A DNA stretch of 64,000 nucleotides, taken from positions 1 to 64,000 of the forward strand of contig MTMY01000047.1 in the NCBI GenBank assembly GCA_002010215.1. Direction: 5' to 3'. The position numbers and the translations under genes are program-made. This document shows, in pieces, positions 48,882 to 58,036 of this stretch (positions are counted from its first letter, which is position 1; each line of letters opens with the position of its first letter). The notes beneath the pieces are model-generated. The model worked only from the letters and a program-made list of their open reading frames with translations, did no database searches and was not told the DNA's origin. The DNA is from Archaeoglobus sp. JdFR-37. Lineage in GTDB: Archaea > Halobacteriota > Archaeoglobi > Archaeoglobales > Archaeoglobaceae.

Positions 48882-49292
48882 TTAAAGAAGTTCCACTTCT
48901 AGCTCTTCTATGCCGTTTCTGTAGATGAATGCTTTTATTCCATCAATTCCCACAATCACCCAAGGCATCCCTGTCTGTTTCAAGCCTTCCAAATCGAAGG
49001 CTGAAGGCCTTGCGTTGCCGGTTGGATGGGTGTGGAAGACAGCAACAACATCCATACCTTTCTTTTCAGCATCCATCCAGGCTTTATACAGGCCTTCAGG
49101 ACTCATCTCAAAAAGAAAGGGACTCTCTGCGATATTTTCAATTTCAACAACCTCTTTAACGGTTATAACGTCATCTACTCTGGTTCCAATCAAGACTCCA
49201 CATCTCTCGTGAGTATGTAGCATCGAGATTTCTTCTTTCTCGTCTCGTATGGGTACGAATCCCCTCAGACTGGCGGGAATCCTGATTTTCAT
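48882..49292 (-). CDS. JAB/MPN+ (JAMM) metalloprotease, desampylase-like
   Basis: ERCGVLIG...FHTHP.....PS..D. Confidence 0.88.
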   Translation of the reverse strand: MKIRIPASLRGFVPIRDEKEEISMLHTHERCGVLIGTRVDDVITVKEVVEIENIAESPFLFEMSPEGLYKAWMDAEKKGMDVVAVFHTHPTGNARPSAFDLEGLKQTGMPWVIVGIDGIKAFIYRNGIEELEVELL

Positions 49293-49475
49293 TGAACCAC
49301 CCTTAGATTTCTCTTAGGATTTGCATCCATAATTTAACTTTGGGTTTCAAATTTTTTTAACCTACCTGTTTAAGTACACATTTGGTGTTCATTTGAGATA
49401 CAAAAAATTTCATATTTTGGTTCCCTAATATAACTCCCACCGATAATCTTATTTTCCCGCTGCTTAATCAGCTTC

Positions 49476-50252
49476 ATGCTCACTTTCATCGGAATGGGCC
49501 TGTATGACGAAAAGGACATCTCTATTAAGGGATACGAGAAGGTAAAGGAGGCTGATGAGGTTTACATTGAATTTTACACCTCCAAACTGGTTGGAACTAC
49601 GAGAGAGAGACTTGAGGAGTTTTTCGGAAGAGAAATTGTGGAGCTGAGAAGAGAGGACCTTGAGGACAGAAGCAGGGAGCTGGTGGAAAAAGCTAGACAT
49701 AAAGATATTGTGCTCTTGATTCCGGGGGATGTTGCAGTTGCAACCACCCATTCCTCCATAATGCTGGAGGCAAGGCAGAAGGGTGTGGATATACAGCTCA
49801 TACATGGTGCTAGCATAGTTTCTGCTGTATGCGGGCTTACAGGACTTCACAACTATAGATTCGGGAAATCTGCTACTGTTGCATATCCCTATGGTAAAAC
49901 AGTCTCTAGGACTCCCATTAGAGTCATACTTGATAACTGGAGTATCAACGCCCACACGCTGCTTTACCTTGACCTGCACCCTGAGCCAATGACCATTGCA
50001 AAGGCTGTGGAAATCCTGAAAAAAGCCGATGATGATAAAATGCTGAAAGATGCGTATGCTGTGGGCCTTGCCAGAGCTGGCAGCGAGAAACCTGTAGTCA
50101 GATGTGACAGGCTTTATGAGTTGCCTGAACATGATTTTGGTGACCCCCTCTACATAATGGTAGTGCTGGCTAAAAAGCTCCATATAACTGAGTATGAATT
50201 TCTCTCAGCCTTTGCTAATGCTCCTCATGAACTCTCACTTTCGGTGGAGTAG
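49476..50252 (+). CDS. dph5: Diphthine synthase
   Basis: FIGMGLYDEKDIS, EFYTS, GD...ATTH, GLHNYRFGKS, HTLLYLD. Confidence 0.93.
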   Translation: MLTFIGMGLYDEKDISIKGYEKVKEADEVYIEFYTSKLVGTTRERLEEFFGREIVELRREDLEDRSRELVEKARHKDIVLLIPGDVAVATTHSSIMLEARQKGVDIQLIHGASIVSAVCGLTGLHNYRFGKSATVAYPYGKTVSRTPIRVILDNWSINAHTLLYLDLHPEPMTIAKAVEILKKADDDKMLKDAYAVGLARAGSEKPVVRCDRLYELPEHDFGDPLYIMVVLAKKLHITEYEFLSAFANAPHELSLSVE

Positions 50253-50266
50253 AAACTGTTTTTAAC

Positions 50267-51817
50267 ATGGCACGAGAGGGATTCAAAATGAAAGGCGTCG
50301 TGGGAAGAATCTATGGTGAGGCATCGTCAACTGAGTTCACTTTTTTCATTTTTAATCCTCGGGAAGTGAAGAGAACAGATTACGTGAAGGTATGGAACGA
50401 CATCGATGGCTGGGTTGTTGCCCAGGTGGTGGATGTAAAGGCAACTTCTGAAAGCGTGGCAGAGGGAAGGAATGTTGAGAAAGAGGTTTACATAGGGAAA
50501 GCAGTTGTCATAGGGAAGAGAGATGAAAATGGGGTTTTGAGAACTCCCAAGACTCCGTTTGTTCCAGGTGAAAATGTTTTCAAGGCTGAAGAGGAGCTGA
50601 TAATCGACGTGCTGGGTCTAGAAAGGGAGGGAGTATATATCGGGCTGCTGGAGGACCATGACATCAAGGTCAGGCTGGATACGAACTCTCTGGTCCAGAA
50701 ACACTGCTGTATTCTGGCTAAGACTGGAAGTGGAAAGAGCTACACCGCAGGCGTCATCATGGAGGAGCTGATGGAAAAGGATGTCCCACTTCTGATTATA
50801 GACCCACATGGTGAGTACGCCACCATGAAGGAACCCAACCGAAATAGAGATGAGCTGGAGAAGATGGAACTGTTCGGAATAAAACCGAAAGGTTATGGCG
50901 ATAAAATCAGGATTTACGTTCCACCAAACTCTCCTTTCACAGACAGAGCAGACGGCGTGTTGAAGCTCGATGGTAAAAACCTATCTGCTGAGGAGATATT
51001 TGAGCTGACGGGTCTGAACAACTCATCTGCCCAAGCACTTCTATATCAGGCCATCAAGAATCTGAAGGGCACGGATTACACAATCGAGGATATAATCTCT
51101 GAAGTGGAGGGGATAAAGCACAACGCCAAATGGACACTACTGGGGGCTTTGGAGAAGATCGTTGAAAGCGGACTTTTTGACAGCGATGCCACACCTCTGG
51201 ACATTCTCCTCAGAAGAGGTAGAGCTGTTGTTCTTGACATGCGAGGAGTGCCACCTGAGCATCAGCAACTCATCGTTTCAAGAATCTGCGGAAGGCTTTT
51301 TGAGATGAGAAAGCGAAATGAAGTGCCAGCAGGCATGATTGTCATTGAGGAGGCCCACAATTTCATTCCAGAAAGGGGGTTTGGAAAGGCAATATCCACA
51401 CCAGTTCTCAGGACAATAGCCAGCGAAGGCAGAAAATTCGGGCTTGGCCTGATGGTGATAAGCCAGAGGCCTGCTAGGGTGGATAAGAACGTGATAAGTC
51501 AGTGCAACACTCAGATTATTATGAGGGTTACAAATCCCAACGATATAAATGCTGTGAAAAAGGGTGTAGAGGGGCTCACTTCTGAAATGGTAGATGAGAT
51601 AAAAAGACTCCCACCTGGAACTGCGATGGTTGTATCTCCTGAGCTGGAAAAGCCGATAATTGTCAGAGTTAGAGTGAGGAAGAGTATGCACAGCCAAGCG
51701 GTTGGAGTTGTTGAAAAGACTTCCAAGCTGGGGAAACTGGAGAAGCGAAAGGGAAAATCTGAGAGAGGGGAAAAGGGGGATAGTAGGAGTATATTCAGGA
51801 AGATGTTTGGCGGTTGA
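50267..51817 (+). CDS. HerA/FtsK-family ATPase with N-terminal HAS-barrel-like region
   Basis: HCCILAKTGSGKS, DPHGEY, IEEAHNF, EGRKFG, SQRP. Confidence 0.85.
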   Translation: MAREGFKMKGVVGRIYGEASSTEFTFFIFNPREVKRTDYVKVWNDIDGWVVAQVVDVKATSESVAEGRNVEKEVYIGKAVVIGKRDENGVLRTPKTPFVPGENVFKAEEELIIDVLGLEREGVYIGLLEDHDIKVRLDTNSLVQKHCCILAKTGSGKSYTAGVIMEELMEKDVPLLIIDPHGEYATMKEPNRNRDELEKMELFGIKPKGYGDKIRIYVPPNSPFTDRADGVLKLDGKNLSAEEIFELTGLNNSSAQALLYQAIKNLKGTDYTIEDIISEVEGIKHNAKWTLLGALEKIVESGLFDSDATPLDILLRRGRAVVLDMRGVPPEHQQLIVSRICGRLFEMRKRNEVPAGMIVIEEAHNFIPERGFGKAISTPVLRTIASEGRKFGLGLMVISQRPARVDKNVISQCNTQIIMRVTNPNDINAVKKGVEGLTSEMVDEIKRLPPGTAMVVSPELEKPIIVRVRVRKSMHSQAVGVVEKTSKLGKLEKRKGKSERGEKGDSRSIFRKMFGG

Positions 51818-51843
51818 GCGGCGATAGTTCAACGGTGATACAT

Positions 51844-52185
51844 ATGCCCGACTATTTGGTTGTGCTGCAGGGTGCATGGGTTGTTAAAAAGGCTAGGAGC
51901 ATTGATGATGCAATGAACATAGCGGTTGCAGAGGCAGGAAAACGCCTCAATCCCGATCTGGACTTTGTAGAAATTGACGTTGGATCGGTTGAATGCCCGA
52001 AATGTGGTGAACCTTTTAAAAGTGCTTTTATGGTAGCTAAAATGGCTCTTGTAGGACTGATATTCGAAATGAAGGTTTTCAATGCGGATAGTGAAGAGCA
52101 TGCGGCCAGAATAGCCAAGTATGAGATAGGAAAACGGCTGCAGAGGATACCTCTAGAGGTAATTGATGTGGTGAAGCTTGGCTGA
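51844..52185 (+). CDS. DUF555/UPF0212 protein
   Basis: DDAMNIAVAEAGKRLN, CPKCGE, ALVGL, EHAARIAK..IG. Confidence 0.8.
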   Translation: MPDYLVVLQGAWVVKKARSIDDAMNIAVAEAGKRLNPDLDFVEIDVGSVECPKCGEPFKSAFMVAKMALVGLIFEMKVFNADSEEHAARIAKYEIGKRLQRIPLEVIDVVKLG

Positions 52186-52388
52186 TTTAAGAACTGAATA
52201 GGTGGGGCACCTGCCTAGTACTGTTAAACATGTTAAATACTGTTTAATGAAGTTCAGGGCTGTGTGGGCAGGCATAAAGGTTGGTGTTAGACCAATCTTT
52301 GAAATCTTGGATACTTTGTAGATACTCCGAATTAAGTTGAGCTTACTTTTTGACAATTTTTTTATCCTGAATTCCTGAATTCTTTACA

Positions 52389-53039
52389 ATGCTCAGGGTC
52401 AGCGATCTAACGTCTTATCTCGTCTGCCCACGTCTCTGCTACTTCTGTCTGAGATTCGGTGAAGATATTGTTACAGAGAAGAGGGCTGCTAAGGAAATTT
52501 ATCTGGTTATAAGAAAGGGTTTCGGAATTGACTGGGCTGAAAGGAGATATATTGAGCCATATTGAGAGATTGAGATTTTTGAGAAAGCAAAATTTCAAGT
52601 TATCCCCAGAGCTTGAATCCATCAATTCCATTGAATGGGAGTTTCTCTGATGTCAGACAAGCTCAATCTTTCAGGGATTGTGGATGAGATCGTGGAAAAA
52701 GAAGGCAGGCTGAACTCACTGATAATCTCGCTGAAAGCTCTGGATAACGGCATCTGGTATGTGGACAGGATCAAGCTTGCGTCGCTGAAAATCATTGGGA
52801 GGGATGTAAGTTTCGACTTTGATGGGGGCTTTGTTTACTACTGTTACGATGGAAAGCTCTGTCATGTAGAAATCACTAGAAATGACATCTACAGCATTTT
52901 CAGGATTGTTGAAAAAGTTAGAAGGCTGGAAAAAGGATTTGTCCCCGAGAAAATTCATGGAAATTATTGCAGAGTATGCAGTTTCAGAGAGAGGTGTGAT
53001 ATGCAGCCATCTACCTTTGCAGCCCGCTTTCTTTTATAA
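52389..53039 (+). pseudogene. Decayed Cas4/Dna2-like protein
   Basis: MLRVSDLTSYLVCPRLCYF...YIEPY* then two frame changes (FKLSPELESINSIEW; VSLMSDKLNLSGIVD) to a C-terminal CRVCSFRERC. Confidence 0.75.
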
Positions 53040-53526
53040 AATGTGCTACCTTGCTCTCACAAACCTTGCAGTATGTGGCAGGCTTAATGTCAGTCTCTTT
53101 AACGTTTGAAGAGAAACGCATTACGCAATTGTTGGTGCAGTGGGTCAGACCAAGGAGATGTCCAACTTCGTGGAAAACCTCTTTGAGAACTCTAGTATAC
53201 AGCCCATCCCCCACAAGTCTGAAGGTTGATATTAGAGCTGCTCTGCCATTGAGTTCAGCCAAACCAAAGATGTATGAGGAGTTTTTGTGATAGATGTCCT
53301 CGTGGAGTATGCCCAGTCCTTTGAAGTATCCTTTGTCCTGAACTATTTTTTTGACTTCTATCAGGAGGGGTTTGGCGTAGACCTGATTTCTGAGAGGGTT
53401 GTGGAAGCTTGAAGGCATTTCTGCTCTTATCACATCCACTCTGAACGTGAAAAAATCCTCCAGAATCCCTCTGGCAAATTCTGCCACTTTTACAGAATTA
53501 TTAAAAGAAATAACTGCAAACTTCAT
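53011..53526 (-). CDS. Archaemetzincin Zn protease
   Basis: HEVGHLLGLTHC...CVM.FS...D.K...YC..C. Confidence 0.9.
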   Translation of the reverse strand: MKFAVISFNNSVKVAEFARGILEDFFTFRVDVIRAEMPSSFHNPLRNQVYAKPLLIEVKKIVQDKGYFKGLGILHEDIYHKNSSYIFGLAELNGRAALISTFRLVGDGLYTRVLKEVFHEVGHLLGLTHCTNNCVMRFSSNVKETDIKPATYCKVCESKVAHFIKESGLQR

Positions 53527-53527
53527 C

Positions 53528-54697
53528 TCAGAACAAGGGCTCTATGTCTTCATCGAAGAGGGATATGGTTCTCTCTATCCTCTCCCTCTCCGCAACCTCA
53601 ACCTCATCCTTGGCTTCAGCAGCAAGCCTCTGCAATTCCCTGACTCTGGGAACATCGGTGACATTTGCCAGAACTACGAGAGCTGCTACATGCTTCGTCC
53701 TTCTGGTTGGGTAATCTCCAGCCCTCACTTCAACACCGGCAATCTGCTCTTCGAGCCAGAGCTTTGCTTTTTCTATCCCTTTCCTGTCTAGATGTTCAGG
53801 TGGGCCAGCTACAAGCACTAACGCCCTCTCAGCACTCTGGATGTTACATGGGATGGTTAGCCTTCCGAGGGCAGCCCTTCTCACCAGAGAAGCTATTTTC
53901 ATTGACCTGTCTTCTTCGCCTATGACTTCGTCTGATGATCTCTTCCTGAAAAGGCTGAAAAGTCCACCCCTCTTCTTCTCTTCAGCCACCGACGTTGCAT
54001 AGCCAATGGATGTGATGCCGCCACCTTTGAGAGTGTTAATAACTTCAGAGCTGTCCACAACCATCTCTGCAACCATACCTTCCTCCACCGGCTCACCAGC
54101 TCTGGCCAGAACCGTCAGACGCCGTACGATCTCTTCATTTATCCTAGCAAAGCTCTCTCTCAAACTTAATCCTTCAAACTTCCAGGCTCCATTATCCACG
54201 AGAATGAGATTGTCAACGTATTTCAGCATGGTTATCATGCTTCTCGCAGCGTTAAGGGAGTAGAGCTTCCCCTCTTCAGGTGCGGGCAGAACGCCTATTG
54301 CGTAAACGGGTTCTGAATACATCTCACTCAGATATTTTGCGAGAACGGGAGCACCACCACTTCCGGTACCACCACCCAAACCTGAGATTATCAGGAATGC
54401 ATCAATCTCATGAGTCCCCCTTTCGTCAATAGCGTTGAGAATTGTTTCTATCTCTTCCTGAGCCACTTTTGCACCGAGTTTGTTATCTGTGCCGACCCCA
54501 TGACCCTTTACTGTTGTCTGGCCGATGAGAATTCTGTCCTTCATCGGCACATTCTTTAAACCCATGAGGTCTGTTCTTGCAGTGTTAATGGCAAGTACTT
54601 TCATGTCTGTCCGATATCCTCGCATCTTCTCGTTTTCTATGAAGAGATCAAGGATTTTACCGCCAGCCTGACCGAATCCGATGATGAAGAACCTCAT
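53528..54697 (-). CDS. cetZ: Tubulin/FtsZ-family cell-shape protein CetZ
   Basis: IGFGQAGGKI, VKGHGVG.DN, GLGGGTGSGG, RLT.PC; start moved to 54697. Confidence 0.88.
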   Translation of the reverse strand: MRFFIIGFGQAGGKILDLFIENEKMRGYRTDMKVLAINTARTDLMGLKNVPMKDRILIGQTTVKGHGVGTDNKLGAKVAQEEIETILNAIDERGTHEIDAFLIISGLGGGTGSGGAPVLAKYLSEMYSEPVYAIGVLPAPEEGKLYSLNAARSMITMLKYVDNLILVDNGAWKFEGLSLRESFARINEEIVRRLTVLARAGEPVEEGMVAEMVVDSSEVINTLKGGGITSIGYATSVAEEKKRGGLFSLFRKRSSDEVIGEEDRSMKIASLVRRAALGRLTIPCNIQSAERALVLVAGPPEHLDRKGIEKAKLWLEEQIAGVEVRAGDYPTRRTKHVAALVVLANVTDVPRVRELQRLAAEAKDEVEVAERERIERTISLFDEDIEPLF

Positions 54698-54827
54698 GAT
54701 TCCACCTTTCAAAATCCACAACTGGGCTTTTTAATTTAAGTCTTTCCATTGCACTTCTACCGCTTTTTTATGTAGGATAAAAGTGACGTGATAAGTTATA
54801 TATTTTCCTTATCGCAAATTACGTTTC

Positions 54828-55190
54828 ATGGCCGACGCAATCACAAGAGAAGAGCTGAAAAAACTTCTGGGAAAAGAGGATGTTGTTATAGTGGATGTCA
54901 GACTGCCCGAGTATTATGCCAAGGAACACATTCCTGGGGCAATAAACATCCCTCTGGAGGAACTTGACAAGAATTTGGATAAACTGGACAAGGATAAACT
55001 GGTTGTTGTTTATTGTGCATCCTTTGACTGCCGCCTGAGCCCGGTTGCATACAGGAAGTTAAAGAGGTTGGGTTACCAGGTTGTGGACTATGAGGGTGGC
55101 ATGATGGACTGGAAGGAGAAATATCCTGTTGAGTCAGCAGAGTTTGCAGATGCTGCGGAGGCCGGAGAACTAGGTGGAAAAGATGAGTAA
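54828..55190 (+). CDS. Rhodanese-domain protein
   Basis: VDVR...Y..EHIPGAINIP, VVYCAS, YEGGM..W. Confidence 0.88.
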   Translation: MADAITREELKKLLGKEDVVIVDVRLPEYYAKEHIPGAINIPLEELDKNLDKLDKDKLVVVYCASFDCRLSPVAYRKLKRLGYQVVDYEGGMMDWKEKYPVESAEFADAAEAGELGGKDE

Positions 55191-56198
55191 AGGTGACAAA
55201 ATTGGTGGAGTTAGCAAGACTAAAGTTGGTGAAAAGACTGAAATTTAAGATGTCATAATTGTTGGCGGAGGCGTTGCCGGCTTGTCTGCTGGGATGTATA
55301 CGGTGAGACTTGGCCTGAAATCAGCCGTCATTGGTAAAGATATTGGAGGAATGATAACTCTAACCCAGTATATCGAAAACTGGCCGGGTTTCAAGAGAAT
55401 TAACACTTTCGAGCTCACAGACATGCTGGAAGACCATGCTTCCAGTTATGGCGTCAAGATTATTGAGAAGGAGGTTACGAGCATATCAATCGAAAGAAAC
55501 AGGTTCAGGTGCGTCGTTGGAGATGATCGCTCTTCTCCTATGCTGTTATAATTGCAACAGGGACAGAGAGAAGAAAGCTAAAGGTGAAAGGATATGACAG
55601 ATTTGAGAACAGAAATATCCACTACTGCGCCTTCTGTGATGGACCTAACTATCAGGGCAAAAGAATGGCAGTTATCGGAGGAGGAAATGCTGCGGTTGTT
55701 GAGGCCATGGTTCTTGCCGGGTATGCGGAAAAGGTTTACATCATAAGCAGGTCAGAACTCCATGCTGAGCCTGCAAATCTCAAGAAGCTGAAAAATCTGG
55801 AAAATATCGAAGTTCTCAACGGATATAACGTTTTAGCCTTCGAAGGTGGGGACAGGCTAGAAAGGATAAAGCTAGACAAGGAGTATGATGGAGAGAATAC
55901 TCTTGAAGTCGATGGCGTATTCATTTCCCTCGGTGGTGTTCCCAATTCGAAGCTTGCAGTAAAATTAGGCGTCAAAATAAACGAAAAGGGAGAGATTGTG
56001 GTAAATGAGGCCATGAAAACCAACATCCCTGGAGTTTTTGCTTCTGGCGATGTTGTGGCCAACCCCTTCAAGCAGGCAATAATCTCATCGACCCAGGGGG
56101 TTATGGCAGCATATTCAGCATATCGCTTCATTACGGGCAAACCTGTCTATACTTGTAATCATAGAACCCTATGCAGAACCAATGGTTGCAGATGCTGA
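55183..56198 (+). pseudogene. Disrupted thioredoxin reductase (TrxB-like)
   Basis: In-frame TAA at 55246-55248 before DVIIVGGGVAG; frameshift near 55530 before AVIIATG; YCAFCDG, GGGNAA and GVFASGD retained. Confidence 0.8.
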
Positions 56199-56500
56199 GG
56201 ATGTGAAGGAAGCACCGGAGAGAAAGGCTCTTATAATAGACGTCAGGGAAAGAGAGGAGTACGAAAAAGCCCACATCCCAACAGCAATTTTTGGGGAGAT
56301 AAAACGGCTTGAAGAGCTGGAGGACATTCTGAAGAATGTTGAGGAAATTTAATGTGTATTCAAAAGATTATAATTGTTCGGCCAGCACCTTAGCAGCAAA
56401 AAAGCTTGTTGAGATGGGTTTTTGCAACGTTTATGATTTCCAAGGCTCTTTCAAGGAGTGGATGGAGAAGGGCTACGAAATCGAAAAATCTCATCCATAG
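56182..56500 (+). pseudogene. Frameshifted second rhodanese domain
   Basis: IIDVREREEYEKAHIPTA...EEI* then, after a 1-nt shift, VYSKDYNCSASTLAAKKLVEMGFCNVYDFQGSFKEW. Confidence 0.7.
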
Positions 56501-57455
56501 CGTAATCCTCAAAGCTCCTCTCTCCCAGAACAATCTGGAATTCCTGGGGTGTCAACACCGGGACATGGAAAGCTTCGGCATCATCGTAGCTGATGCGGGG
56601 GCAGGCAGTGTTCACAAGAAAGTCAGCTCTGAAATTGTAAATCTTCTCAGCAGAAATTTCATCAGTTAAAATTACAAAACAGCTCAGTCCCTTCTCTTTA
56701 GCCCTCCTCTTAAGCTCCAGAGCCAGCCTCTCTCTTTTCTGCCCAGGTTTTGTGCTTACAATGATTCCGCACTTTCTGCCATCCATTGCTTTTACTATTG
56801 CAGCCATTCTCTTTCTTATGAATCTCTCCACATTAACTTCCTCAAATTCATTGCTCAACGGAGAAAGGCGGTAAACCTTCTTTCCAGTATATATGGCAGC
56901 TCCAATAGGGTGAAACAATCCATCACCAACGAATAATACAGCATCAGCCTTCACATCCTGTAGGGCGGTATAATTGCAGCCCAGCACCTCCCCTGGATAC
57001 TTCAGCTCTTTTCCGGTTTTAAGCTCCACTTCATAGCCTTTCTTCTCCAGCACAGCTTTAACTTCTTGGAGCTTCCAGGCGTACTGGGCAGTTGCTATCA
57101 GAGCAATACTTTTCTCAGGAATTTTGACTTGGTAAAAGGGCTCAAGTGGATAGTCCACTTGGTAGGGTACATAGATCACCCTATCAATTCTCAGGATTGG
57201 GGTGTGGGCGAAGTGAAGCAGGTAATCGCAGTGGTCGAGGAGCTCCAAGTCCATATCGCAAGCTCCATAACTCCCCTTACCCGATACAATGACCTCGAAT
57301 CCCTCTTTCTCAAAAATTTCGGTTAGTTCGGCAGCATAGAACTTCAGGCCATCAGGAAGCTGAACCCCAACTTTTCTGGCATTAACTTTCCTGAGCTGGG
57401 AAAAAATGGATGAAAAATCGATTCTATCTAAAATCCTATCTGAGATGGTCGACAA
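56451..57455 (-). CDS. dph2: Diphthamide biosynthesis enzyme Dph2
   Basis: QLPDGLK, YGACD, GEVLGCN, GDGLFH, STKPGQ, TACPRI. Confidence 0.92.
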   Translation of the reverse strand: MSTISDRILDRIDFSSIFSQLRKVNARKVGVQLPDGLKFYAAELTEIFEKEGFEVIVSGKGSYGACDMDLELLDHCDYLLHFAHTPILRIDRVIYVPYQVDYPLEPFYQVKIPEKSIALIATAQYAWKLQEVKAVLEKKGYEVELKTGKELKYPGEVLGCNYTALQDVKADAVLFVGDGLFHPIGAAIYTGKKVYRLSPLSNEFEEVNVERFIRKRMAAIVKAMDGRKCGIIVSTKPGQKRERLALELKRRAKEKGLSCFVILTDEISAEKIYNFRADFLVNTACPRISYDDAEAFHVPVLTPQEFQIVLGERSFEDYAMDEIFRFRSPSPSTP

Positions 57456-58002
57456 CTCTGACCCCTTCAGGACTCACGTCGATCTTCACCAGACTCTTAA
57501 CTTTCATACCCATTTTTCTGAGCTTTTCTGCCCCATCTCCCTTCTCTATTACTGCCACAAAATCTCTGACTTCAGCTCCTGCCTTTTCAAGGGCTTTCAG
57601 CGTTGCCATGGCTGTTCCACCTGTAGAAATCACGTCATCAACGAGAATGACTCTGTCACCCTTCTCGATCCCGTTGATGTAGAGCTTCCCTTTGGAATAG
57701 CCCGTTTCTTGATCCACAACTATCTCATTTGGCATGTTGTAGGCCCTTTTTCTCACAACCACTATAGGCAGGTTTACTGATAGGCTTAAACCCACTGCTA
57801 TGGGTATGCCCATGGCCTCCACTGTCACTATCTTGTCCACATCCAGATCTGCTATCCTTATTATTCCTGAAACGACTTCTCTGACGATATCTGGATCAAG
57901 CTCGGGCACACCATCGGTAAGGGGGTGAATAAAATAGGGGTAGTCCCCCTTCATTATAACTGGGGCGTTTTCCAGACTTTCTACCAGCTTTTTCAGTATC
58001 AT
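57436..58002 (-). CDS. Purine phosphoribosyltransferase (archaeal HGPRT/APRT-like)
   Basis: YPYFIHPLTDGVP, EAMGIP, VDDVISTGGT. Confidence 0.88.
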   Translation of the reverse strand: MILKKLVESLENAPVIMKGDYPYFIHPLTDGVPELDPDIVREVVSGIIRIADLDVDKIVTVEAMGIPIAVGLSLSVNLPIVVVRKRAYNMPNEIVVDQETGYSKGKLYINGIEKGDRVILVDDVISTGGTAMATLKALEKAGAEVRDFVAVIEKGDGAEKLRKMGMKVKSLVKIDVSPEGVRVVDHLR

Positions 58003-58036
58003 TCCCGTATCAACCTCTACTTCATCTCTTCCTGTA

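Noticed and set aside
55246..55248. In-frame stop as programmed recoding
   Set aside because: The codon is TAA at a non-catalytic position and the gene has further lesions
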